DNA of 63,784 bases, counting the filler, from Bigelowiella natans CCMP2755 (taxonomy: Eukaryota > Protista > Cercozoa), in the NCBI GenBank assembly GCA_000320545.1. It is 3 parts of 3 records of this genome, joined end to end, with 100 filler letters (N's around TTAATTAATTAA, not from the genome) between each part and the next. Parts side by side here need not be neighbours in the genome. Positions count along the whole stretch, not along the records: positions 27,834 to 43,852 come from ADNK01001673.1; 2 more parts are not named here. One strand, given 5' to 3'. Of this stretch, positions 28,001 to 42,341 are shown piece by piece (position 1 is the first letter of the stretch; every line of letters starts with the position of its first letter). Below the pieces are notes generated by a model. The model worked only from the letters and a program-made list of their open reading frames with translations. It had not been told where the DNA came from and made no database searches. The position numbers and the translations under genes were made by a program.

Positions 28001-28550
28001 GGTTTGCCGTCGATGTCCATTGGTTAAATCCAAATGGCGAAAAGGCCAAAATGGGAACCTTGGAGACGGGGGTCAATCACAAACTAACAACATCTAATAG
28101 AGGGCTTTCTATGCGGTTCCTTGCTTGCTTTTACTACTATCTGTGTGTGCGCTAAAAACACTATGTTTGTTCTATATCCCCCCCCCCCCCTCAACCCCCC
28201 CTCTCTGTCGCATTCCCATCCATTTTCTCGGTCTATTTGTTGACACAGGAGTTTCTAGGCCTGAATTCATTCAATACGCATCGATTCGGTGCGACTGCAA
28301 AGGGAGGTGATAACGTGCTATGGACCCACGGTAACAACACTCTTCACGTTGCTGAGAATATGTTCATCTGTGATGCAACCGATGGTAGCTGACATCTATG
28401 CCGAGATTGTGGTTCCCCTGTGATGCAACCGATGCTAGTCCAAGCATGGGTGCTTTGTTTTGCCTAGAAACGACACATCGTAGTGAAAAGACCATCGATT
28501 TCGTCGGCGTGTAGATGTTTACCTTCATATGCAATATCGCATATACACAC

Positions 28551-28589
<39 letters not shown>

Positions 28590-28599
28590 CATATATATG

Positions 28600-28635
<36 letters not shown>

Positions 28636-28861
28636 TTTTAAATTTTGTGGATATAATCGTATATTAAAAGTACGTTTGTATTGAATTTACATTTGATGTC
28701 GCCATGACACAGTTCCAACGATCACATTATTTCCACCCTCCCATCCCATCTGATCGCAATTATCAGTTGTCAAGCCGGAAGACGAGGGGAACGTAGCTGT
28801 AATTCTCGTCCCACGCAAAGCCCGCAACACCATCACCAGCAGCAGCAATGACCCAAAATAG
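28001..28861 (+). CDS. 3' exons of a gene ending in a VHL-beta-like domain (5' part lost in gap)
   Basis: [23 protein letters not shown]|[27 protein letters not shown]|[12 protein letters not shown]. The pattern V.V.W...G....G.L..G.....NSF..H.F resembles VHL beta-domain-like modules. Confidence 0.5.
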
Positions 28862-29519
28862 AAACATAAGAATCGAAGGGACCTATAACACGTGGAAGTG
28901 CATATCATTGACGACAGATTATTGGCCGATGTTGTATCATCGTAATGCATCGTGGAGAGGGGTATAACAGCTGAAGAAACACATCTGCGACATGACGCTT
29001 TGACCACAAGATGTGTAGCTTGATCGATTGGGGCTGTAGTTGTAATGTAATCATATCGCTCATCAAGAATAAATGCTTATAAATGCTGCTTGTGACAACA
29101 CAATGCAGGACAATGAATCTGTAACAAGCTAGTATGGTCGCATGGTGTACGTGACAATATCTAGAATATGTTGTGGCTCGTAAACAGCATGCTCTTACTA
29201 GCATTATCACCTACATGTGCAATGAGCATGGCTAGAAAGACCTAGAGGCGGCAAACTCAGACCTGCGCATAGCGCAAGCAGATGGTTGTCGTCACATGCA
29301 ATGCACACGCAGTCCGTTGCGCATCACGTGCATGCAGCATGGACGCGCTGACATGCTCTTGTCTAGTGCTGGCACTGCAGAGCACATGCACCACTAGACC
29401 AGCACGTGGCAACGCCAGAACGCGCACTGCGATCTAGCACAGCGAGCCTAGCTAGCTAGCATGTCAGCATGTGGCACACATCATTGTTTGACTGGCTTTT
29501 CCATCCAAATCGATGAGCT

Positions 29520-29685
29520 TCTGCTTCACAACGCACAATCCTGGTTGAAATCATTGAAACATCCAACCTTGCTAGCGTGCCAGAGTCCTTGTTGGTCGCT
29601 CATCTATGATGTCTAGACAGCTAGCCACAAAGCGAGCGCTGCCATCTCTGGATCCAGCCGCATGCTCATCGTGAGCATGCTAGCA
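29520..29685 (+). repeat. Dispersed repeat copy A (homologous to 32528-32650)
   Basis: Shared blocks: cacaacg.acaatc, agagtcctt, ctagcca..aagcgagcgct and ctcatcgt.agcatgctagca. Confidence 0.8.
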
Positions 29686-30860
29686 ATTTTCAATCAACAA
29701 ATCATTCTCTTCTAATTTTCAAACATCAAATGTGGACACACGTCCGGAGACACTTCTAACGAACATCCTAACAAATCTGGTCACAGACCTCCAGACACAT
29801 TCCTAACGACCTCCGCTAGCTCCGGACACATTCGGATGCACACCTCCAGACAGTCTCCGGAGACTCTCGAGAGAAAAACCTCCTGGTGCAGCACTTGCTC
29901 ACGGAAAAAGCGATGTTCAGGTTTCTGCGATGAGAGCCGTCTCAGAGCCGTCTCACGCAAATACAATCAGACGTCTGGTGCCAGTTCACTGTCACATATT
30001 ACCTAAAAAAATTTAAATATTTTCCCTCTGAAAAAATATTCTCGCACTAGTGGTACTACTGTACTACGTGGAGACACCAAAACCCATCGGTGAAACAGTC
30101 GACTGGTTTTGCCCCCGGTAGTACCACTAATGCCGGTGTTTAATGAGACGCGATGAACGCGCACGCGTTGTTGCCCTTGGCGAGCCCTGCCTGGCCAGAC
30201 CCATTGAGAATACGAAACAAAACTAGGTGAAAATGCCATGCATTTTACCCAAAAATGACCGACCGACTGATTTGAATTGTGATTTGTATTTGCATGAGAT
30301 GACAGATGACACGATGACACATTTTGACACACAGATTTCACCCAAAATGACCAAGTGACCAGACCGGTCACCAGACGTTTGATTGTATTTGCGTGATGGA
30401 TGAGAAGCGACAAACGTAGATCTAGATCTAGGACGTTTTTTAGAGGACTGTAGCGCTACAGTGACAGCATCTGGAGTCAATCCCGGAATTGGATGTGGGA
30501 TTCGTCAGATCACCGATCGTCAGTAGTGATCCCCTGGCTTTTCGGAATGTCGCAAGAAAAAGATGGATCGGGTTCTGAAAAAACGAAAGAACAAGTCCAA
30601 AAAAGTACGTGATCAGTCGTCCAAAAAAGTACGTGATCATTCGCGGAGCATCATGGAAAAATGTGACCGAGGATTTCCTAATTTCAGGATTTCCTGGATT
30701 TCCAAGGGAATGGATTTTCTATCTGCGACATGGCAAAGCACACGAATTAGTTAGGAGGATTAGATCTAGAAAGCGCGGCCCGTCGTAGGATTAGATCTAG
30801 AAAGCGCAACCCGTCGACACCGGCCCCTCGCTCGACGACCTGATCGGAAAAAGCACCGAT

Positions 30861-31090
30861 GTCCGTGAGTCTGGTGAGCCTAAATTGTCACTTGGTCTAG
30901 TTGGGAGCTTGGCTAGTTTCCATGTGTATGGGGACTTAAACTCTCTTTCGTTCATTAGGGAAGGTTTCCCATCGAGACGAAGGGTGAGACCGACAAGGAT
31001 GCGCTGTTGCGTGTTGAGCACCTCTCCTCGAAAACTGAAGACATTCGCATTTTGCAGGTCTTTGGATAGATGTGCAGAGAATATTGTGTT

Positions 31091-31129
<39 letters not shown>

Positions 31130-32622
31130 TGATGGCGACACTTGGCAATTATTAGGATGTCTCGACGTTGTCGTTCTCGAACCAGGTTCAGGCGATCCTT
31201 GGACCCACTGGGGCAGGAAAATCAAGCCTTCTCTCCTTCATTGCAGGTCGAAAACTCCACGCAGATTGCACAGGGGTCGTGCTAGTGGACAGAGAGCCCC
31301 GCTCACGGCCTTGGTTGTGCAAAAATATTGCGTTTCTGGAGCAAGACGAGGCCCTTCTTCCGACTGCTACTGTTAGAGAGACCTTAGAATTCGCTGCCCG
31401 TCTGCGGCTTTCGACTTCTCTGAGCGACCTTCAGATCGGCGAGAAAGTGGCTGCCCTTATCGACGAGCTCAATCTCACCGACCGGGCTGACAGTTACATT
31501 GGAGGGGACGCATTTTTCAGGGGACTATCCGGTGGCGAGAAGCGCCGAGTGTCGATCGGAGAGCAATTCATACAAGAGCCACGCATACTCGTATTAGACG
31601 AGCCCACATCGGGGTTGGATTCGGAGACCACTATGCTGCTCTTGCGTTTGCTAAAGCGGTACGTTTCAGAAGAAAAGGGCCGCACGGTCATAATGTCTGT
31701 GCACCAACCGAATGGTGAGGTCATGACGATGATAGATCGTCTATGCCTCATGGCCAACGGACGCGTCGTCTTCGACGGACCCACAACGAGTGCAAAGTCT
31801 TTCTTCACAAGTAATGGGTTCCAAATCCCGAAGAACTTCAACCCTACTGATCACTACTTATCGGTGATTACGAAGAGAGATTCAGCAACCGCACTCACTC
31901 AATCTTTCACCAGCTTAAGGAGAGCCGCGGCCAATGAAGAGCATAAGTCGATATCGCACACGCAGTTTCCACCACATGCTACGATGATGGCGGGAACTCA
32001 ATTCAAAGAATCATTAGGCCCGGGCGCATCTTGGTGTGCTCAATTCAGATGCATTCTCATTCGAAATGCCCGTCAGTGGTGGAGGGACCCCGTGATGCTC
32101 TTCGCTGAAACACTAGAATATGTCGGCTCAGGGATCCTGATAGGGATGCTCTTTTTTAGATTGCCAGACACCAAATACAGTGGCACCTTAAACCGCACTT
32201 CTCTCTTCGGGTTCTTGCTTCTGATTCTCAGCTTCGTGCCTTCATTCACTACTATCACGAAATTCGATCGACAACGGGGTCTTCTGAAGCGCGAGCCGAC
32301 GTCTGGCTTGTACACGTTCTCAGCATACTACGCGGCGATGACAGTCATGTCCTGGGCTGTTAGGCTCTCGTTATCTTTCGTCTGCGGAAGCCTAGCGTGT
32401 TTCATGCCGGGTTTGAGGACAGATGTCTTCGGAAGATACATTTCTGTGATCATGGTACTTATTCACCCACCCTTACCCCAAATCATACCCCAGCCAGCGC
32501 AGCTAGCTAGCGCGCGCCGCACGGTTGCTACTACACAACGTACAATCTTTATTGAAACAATCGGCCGTGCAAGAGTCCTTATTACTCGTTCATCTAGCCA
32601 TGAAGCGAGCGCTACCTTCTAG
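30861..32622 (+). pseudogene. ABCG (White-like) half transporter, apparently truncated in the membrane domain
   Basis: Walker A GPTGAGKS, signature LSGGEKRRVSIG, Walker B ILVLDEPTSGLD, H-loop SVHQP, NPTDHYL. Similarity to the ABC2 membrane domain stops after ~32455 and the ORF runs into repeat copy B. No downstream exon was recognised. Family call is firm; pseudogene status is inferred. Confidence 0.7.
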
Positions 32623-32650
32623 CCGCGTACTCATCGTAAGCATGCTAGCA
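32528..32650 (+). repeat. Dispersed repeat copy B (homologous to 29520-29685)
   Basis: Same shared blocks as copy A, but it retains TpA at most sites where copy A has CA/TG. Confidence 0.8.
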
Positions 32651-33907
32651 GTCGCATGGGCTGGGTTAGTGGGCACTCTCTAGCTCTAGCACTAGCTGCT
32701 GCGCTGTGCGCGACGGCTCGTTAGCCTGCCCTGCTAGCCTGCTAGACTCATCGGTTCACGCGTAATGGTACCAGAGCATGCAAATGCACCTGTACATCAA
32801 GGCATGATGATCATTGAAAACATGACAGTGCACATGATCAACAATCTAGACAATGGACACAGCTAGACAGTGATGGGACATGCATCACGTTACATGTCTA
32901 GATATCCATCGCATCATCGCAACCGTCTCATGTTGCAATCAGTGACAGGGTGTGCATCGTAGTAGCAGCGTCCAGCTTCCCTTGCTAGCATAGATAATCT
33001 AGCTCACAGCGGGACTCACAAGTCCATGCACGTGCACGCGTAACAAAAACACACGCTAGCACGTGCACACACCCATCATTCTTCACAGCATGCACCAAAA
33101 AGGCACATGTACTCTTTTCACATCATGCACCAAACAAGTCACGACACGCAGCACGTGTGCTTCATTAGCGTTTAGTAATGAACACAGCTAATGATGATGA
33201 TGCGCCAAACAAATGCAATGTGCACATGGATGCACATGCTAGCATGCCTAGATGCATGCATGTTCATGTGTGCGCTGATTTGTGCTACATGTGAGGTTCA
33301 GGGTACATGTGAAGTGGTCGATGCACATGTCACAGACAGCTTACAAGTGCAGGGACTTACAAGTCCATCTAAGCTCTAGAGCTTGGTAGGGTAGCAAGCT
33401 CATAACGAGTCATGTACGTAGCGAGGACACTGCGAATCGAATATGAAGTTCTCATACCTACCGAGTGCCAAGCGGAAAAGCATTCATGTCGTAGATCGGA
33501 AGGTACTTAAATTTTACTACATCGTTGGATTGTTGCTTGTGTTGCAAATGGATGAATACGCGATTATTCAGACGACGATCCATAACTATACACGTACGTT
33601 TCACACGTTACATCCCGCAGCCACAAACCAGTTTGTACTCCTGCTGCTGATTTAAGTGCAATGAAGCTACGCTACGTGCTATGATCGAAGGGCGATTTAT
33701 ATTATATACAGAGGCCCTTGCCTTATTGACGGAGGTAAACAGCAAGAAGAGAAGAGAAGAGAAGAGAAGAGAAGAGGCACGACTGTAGGCGCTTTCTTCC
33801 TCCTCCTCCTCCTCCTCCTCCTCCTCCTCCTCATTCTCTTTTACTGAGATTAGAGACTGTAATGCCAATTTCCGTCATCACCAAATTCCAGCTCTGCTGA
33901 CAAACGG

Positions 33908-36133
<2,226 letters not shown>

Positions 36134-37267
36134 GTTCTCAGATCCGGGGCGACTTGTCCTGGTAAAGTCAATCAAATACAGTCTATTTTATTCAAAATGT
36201 TATACTTTTTCTTTGTCGTAGACACATTAAACCCTACAGCTTTAAATTCTGGCTTGAGTTGCCTCTGACGCATTTACTGGAAATTGCAGTCAACATTTGT
36301 AAATTTAACGTTCATCATGCGTGAAACACAGTAAATGAACGGCATCATGTTTCGCGAAGAAATCAAGCACCGGTAGTCCAAAAACTAGGGGAAAACGATC
36401 AAATGGCCTGTCGCGACGCTAAAATGACCATCATTTCAGACCATGTGCATTCTCAATTCATCACTGCTTGTTTGCACCCACGAGGAGGTTTTTGCGCGTG
36501 TGGCTCTGGTGTGACATCAGGCAGCTGACACCGATCTGCCATGTCACATCGCAACCTGAACACATCATGCATTTTTCTGCAATTATCACGCATAGGCGTT
36601 GCCATTCATTTGCGAGCAACACTCATGCCAGCATGCATCGCAGAAGCTAGCCACGTGAGGCAGTTCTGCTGGAGTTGCAGTGAATGCTGCAATGTGACGA
36701 CAGCCAGACGTGTGGCGTGGTGTGGCAGTGTGCACGCCACGCTAGCACGTGTGATGTCACTGTGTCTGTTGGACATGTGACATGATGTGCACACGCACTG
36801 TGCGCACAACACTGGAACATCACGGTGTCCTGGATCATTGTGATTTTGCGTGCGTGCGTGCGAATGTTGAACTTGCTAGCTTGGCTAGTTGCAAGGTTGG
36901 TGTGATGCCACTCATCACGAACGCGCCTTCCTGTTTGCGTGCAAGCGAAATCAGCTTGCTTGCTTGCACATGCCACACGCAACGCACGCATCACCCACAT
37001 TGCACATGTTGTGTCTTCAGCACTACTAGACTAGCTAGCTAGCTAGCTAGAGCACTCCAGCATGGCACATCACATTTCCAGATCATGCGCGCAGTGCGTG
37101 TCTGAATTGAAGTAGCACACGGGCACACATTGTGTGCAAATGTGTGCATGCACACGTACACATACACGTACACGCACAAATCGACACATAGGCACACATT
37201 TTGTGTGGTGTACGTAGTGTCCATGGCATGTAGCAAATGAGAATTCTTAGCAGATGTAATCATCATT

Positions 37268-38284
37268 TTAAACTTCATCATCATCAAAAACGAGATCAAG
37301 ATCGTCATTGTCATCTTCCTTTCCATTGCTGTCGCCTGTAGAAGCTTTTATCCTGGGATCTGCCTTTACCATTTTCTGCCGCAATGTCTGATTTCATAAA
37401 TGAGATCAATGGTAATATATTAATGGGCTTGCAGATGCTAAATTGTTAACATCGAAAACAGGGTTGAGTTGTCATAATCGGTGTGAATTCACTTTTGAAA
37501 TACTAACTTAGCAATGGCCGCCTCATGACGAGTGCATGGGGGTGTATGTTTATGGAGAATCAACAAATGCAAAACAGAATAATATCGATTCGGCCAGCTT
37601 TAGACCTGCTTCACTTCCTGAATTTCAGAATTTGCCAAATCTCTCCACTCCCCAGCCTGGAGTCGATACAAAATGTAATGGTTTTCAAATTTCTACAATT
37701 TGCATATAAATATATATACACACACACATATATCATATAGAACATTATTCAGATTTGCTGTGCTGCAGGAATTTCATCAGTATCATAAGTATTCGCGTAA
37801 TTCAAAACTCTAACCTTCATCTGCTTTGAAATCTGAAAAGGCCCGACTGATATACGTGTCAGAGCTGTGACTTCGTGGCCAACCTCCTCTAACATCTGTA
37901 TAATGTCGCAACAAACGAATACACATAGCACGTGTGTTCATCACCAGCAATCCATACAAATGCTCATGGCGCAAAAGATCATTTCGTGAATGAGTACTTT
38001 GCGAATATCTCTAGGCCGCGACATGTCGGCTGCCTTGAACCTGATAGGTCGTGATGGAAATGAAGTCACAAAAAGACGAGTCAAGATATATACGAACACA
38101 CGCAACACATACTACACGCACATACGCATACATATTTCAGTTAAGGAGTCGCATGTAGAATATGAGCTCTCCTGTCATTCCCCTTCTTCCTTATTTACCC
38201 TAACTCAAGCTTGGTCCACTCTCTTTTCTTAGTGTCGCTGCTGACGATGCGTGTGGCCTGCACACACACACACACACACACCAG

Positions 38285-38317
<33 letters not shown>

Positions 38318-39169
38318 ATTAAATATATGCGAGATGTAATCCTCAATTCATTCTCGTATATTCCAAGTGGTCGTACCGTAGGTCTAATAGCTTTCTTATA
38401 GCCCCTTGGCGTTACACCTGTTCTCGTGATGCTGGCTAGTGTTCTTGTCTGCGAATACAACGTAGTTTGCATCTCATCATGTGTGAATGTGGATGGGTTA
38501 TTGTCTTATCCTCCTCCTCCTCCTCCTCCTCCTTCTTTCTCTTCTCCTACTCTCTTATCGACTTTATATTACTTTCGGGGTTCCCTTCACAACCGCGACG
38601 TATCTTCTGCCCAACGCTGTACTAGGGTGTGTTAGAGGGTGCAGCCATTCCTTCGCATCATTGAACGACATCAAACAAACGCAACGTCAGGTACATGGGA
38701 GCTGTCAAGCAAGACAAAGCAAAGGTTACATTAAAAAAATAATATTATTGAAATACTAGGTGGATTATATTTTGGTTGCATACTACTTATGCGAGGCGAG
38801 CGTACATGTGCAAAGACAGCGAGCGGCACTACCTTTTCATTGGTAAGGAGGATTAGCCCTGCAGTGTTACTGTCAATTCATATATGCACGGTGGCCATCA
38901 GTCATCGTATCTTTAAACATATATAAACGCTGATGCTCGATGAACATTCCTCCTTACAGTAAGCTGCTAACTCCCCTCTTCACATGGATCGTTGCATCCA
39001 CTATTTCCCCCCTTCTACTTGCTGCTACGCACAATATCTCATAGCTTTGCTACTACTAGTATACTAGTACTAGTATGAGGAATCATCTACCGATCTAATC
39101 TTCCGACAGGGAGGAGGCGGTCTTTCGTGGCCTCCGCTACTAACGACAGAACCTAGTATTATTCATCCA

Positions 39170-39219
<50 letters not shown>

Positions 39220-39594
39220 GACAGTCTTGAATCTTCTATGATGCTACCGTCTTAGCTTTTCCTCCTGGAATGGGGGTCGCTGTGACGCCCTTTGGCTTAT
39301 ACAAGAGCACCCATCTGTACGTTAAAGACGATTATGGTGATGATGATGATGGTGATGATGGTGATGATGTTTATAGACAAAAATCGAGAAGCAGATCGAC
39401 ACAAAACACAAGCATTAGAGCTCCAGATTTCATATGTTTTCCCTGCTACTGACCTGTTACTTGCGTGCTACTACTACCCACTACAACTACCACTACAACT
39501 ACTGCTGCTACTACTACCGTGGCTTTGGCGATTCCCGTGAGAGGCCTCCTACAACGGCATCCCCGCTAACGCTGATAGGAAGTCTTGACTTAAT

Positions 39595-39645
<51 letters not shown>

Positions 39646-39763
39646 TCTCGCGTAAAGTAGATAGTACATAAGAATTTATTGAGCGAAAACAATACATTCT
39701 TCCATCGACAGTGACTTCATCCACGGCGGGATTGATTCGGAGGCCTGCCCATCGGTCCACACG

Positions 39764-39799
<36 letters not shown>

Positions 39800-40082
39800 A
39801 ACATTCAATAAGTCAATTTTGAAAGCAGCATACCAGTTACATTCTAAACACAACACGCGCCATATTTTCGCGATCATCCTGGCATTTATGATGATGATGA
39901 TGATGATGATGAATGCGCTGGTTATCGGGCTTGGACTGCTTGTATTTAGACTGGTCATTTAGTTTCGTACATACCTTGTTCCGTGATCATTTTGCCGTTT
40001 ACTCTAATTCGGCCTTCTGCGATCATCTGTATTAGCAAAGGCATATACGTAAATATTTCTATATAAATAAATATTTATATAA

Positions 40083-40113
<31 letters not shown>

Positions 40114-41113
40114 TATATGCATATGCGTGTGTGTATTGTATTCAACATATTTTATGAGATAATAGACTCTGACAAACTTTATTCTTTAGTGTAGAATAAG
40201 CAAAAATCAGGCACATCCACCACTTACAAACACCATCGCTAGTAGCCAGTCTGTTAGTATTAAAGGAGCTCACATCATCAGCCTTCCGTCTGGACGCCAC
40301 ACCCCAGTGCGATAAGACCTTATTGATCCTCTCGGTTCCTGTGGTGACGGTGATCGGGCAAACCATTTCATTTTAAATAGAAGAGATGAATAACATCAAT
40401 GAGGATTTCTTTAACTTCATACCTGAAACTGGAGTTTCGAGAGCGACTTTCTTCACGAGTTTGCTTTTCTGCTTGGGCCCTTTCTTTAACCGATCAGCTT
40501 CAGCTCGCTCTTGAGCCTCCATCTGACGGCATAATGGAGGGCAATAGCAATGGAGAATAAGAGATAGAAAGCCGTATTATAGCAAATCTTAACTTATTTT
40601 GAGTATGGTATTAAGAATACAATAGCAATTGAACATTTTCATTACCTCTTCCATCCACTCATCCCAATCGTTGAGTTTGCTCCCCGCCTTCGCACTCTCG
40701 CTTGAAATTGACCCGAAACCGCGAGGCGCTTCTTCATCATCTCCGTGGTTTCCATTGATCCCGCTTGTCCCAGAATCTTCCGCATTGCAGCCGGGGCTCC
40801 ATATGAGCCCTTCTCTCCTACGAAACTTTGACCCTGATCATACGGAGTTTGATGAAAACAACAGAGCGCCGTTATTATAACCCCAACAGTTATTTTTCAA
40901 ACGTTAGATTGTTTCACCCCAAAAGCCAACCCCCCTCCGCTGGTGGCCGCCGAGTGTGTGTGGATTTGAGAGTGAGAAGGGTAGAGGCTTGTGAAATCGG
41001 GCTGTTCTCCCAACTCCCGCAGTCGAGAGTATCCTCGAGTTTCCAGGTTTGAGAAGAAAGGCAGCCTGAACTAGTGTGATGAACCCGAGAATCATAAAAG
41101 TGATCGGATGCAC
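37268..41113 (-). CDS. S4-domain RNA pseudouridine synthase, RsuA/RluB/E/F family, with targeting leader
   Basis: ERINKVLSHWGVASRRKADD|MIAEGRIRVNGK (S4 domain), YNKPKGV, GRLDR catalytic motif (~39090-39105), MLEEVGHEVTALTRISVGPFQI. Confidence 0.88.
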
Positions 41114-42168
41114 CGAGCGGCTGATGGGGGGGGGGCGTGGATGAAGTAGGGTACTTGGCGGAAGGAGGAGGGGGCAATTGGATTTAGACCAAAATATAAG
41201 CTGAGAATATCATACGATTGTACCAGAGAAAATCGATAAATATTTGTATCTCACCGGGCAATCCAGAGCTGCGACATGCCTTCGCAGGCTCAATCTGTAG
41301 AATCTACGACAAATTTGTATCATTGTCGTACACAAAAATCTCTCCCTTCGAAATGCTGACCGAGAGAAATTAATATTCTACATAATCGTCTTTGCGACAG
41401 ATGTGCAATGCTGTCTTAAGACATAAACGGCATGTAATTGCCATTATTATTTTTGAAAATTTGAGCGCGTTCAAATTTTAACAGCTCGGAGATCTGGGAG
41501 ATGTCGGAAGGGTGGTCGCGTTTCCCTTCGACTAGCCAGTTCCATGGAATTCTTCCTGAGGAATTGGGGAGCGGATGGTTGGGTTGAAAGAAACTATATT
41601 CCTGAGGGGTGATTTAACTAATGGTGATGAGAAGCACGATGATGACGACAAAAAGGCATGTTCAGAATCAGTGGTTCTAGGCTCCACAATCAGGCAATTC
41701 GGTAGCTTGGCGATGTAAAATAAATACTCTACGCTAGCAACGACCCTGCTAGGTGATGAACATGGATAGATGCGCTACAACGAAGCTGACGCAATCGGGC
41801 GGTTGGTCAGCTCAGTACATCGTGTGCCTGCATACGTGAGCGTGACATGCTAGCACCCCTTGTTGCTGTCTAGCTGTACATGCGCACATGACAGCTACAC
41901 GTGTGAACCTATGAAAGCTAGTCGTTTGGCATTCAGTAGAGGGGTACATATATAATTTTTCCGGCGGACAAAAAGTATGCAACATGTATGCATCTCTAGC
42001 TAGCTAGTGATCTCTCTTTAATTTCCGCCTTCTATTACCTTTACATCATCATAAAGACATGGAGACCGTTAATGGGTTTCATGGATGCATCAGCTTCCTA
42101 CTTGTATCTGTGCAGCTAAAGGCGTTACTTATGTTGCAAAATGCACAGTCGATATTTGTTTTCATTTG

Positions 42169-42279
42169 CTATATTTCAGCTGCTCTCTTCTTTCCAAACG
42201 CCTCTATCCTTGCAAGTGCCTCGTCAAACGCCTTTCCAGTATTTGTGTACACAAAAGAGATGTAAGGAGAGCATGTATT

Positions 42280-42341
<62 letters not shown>

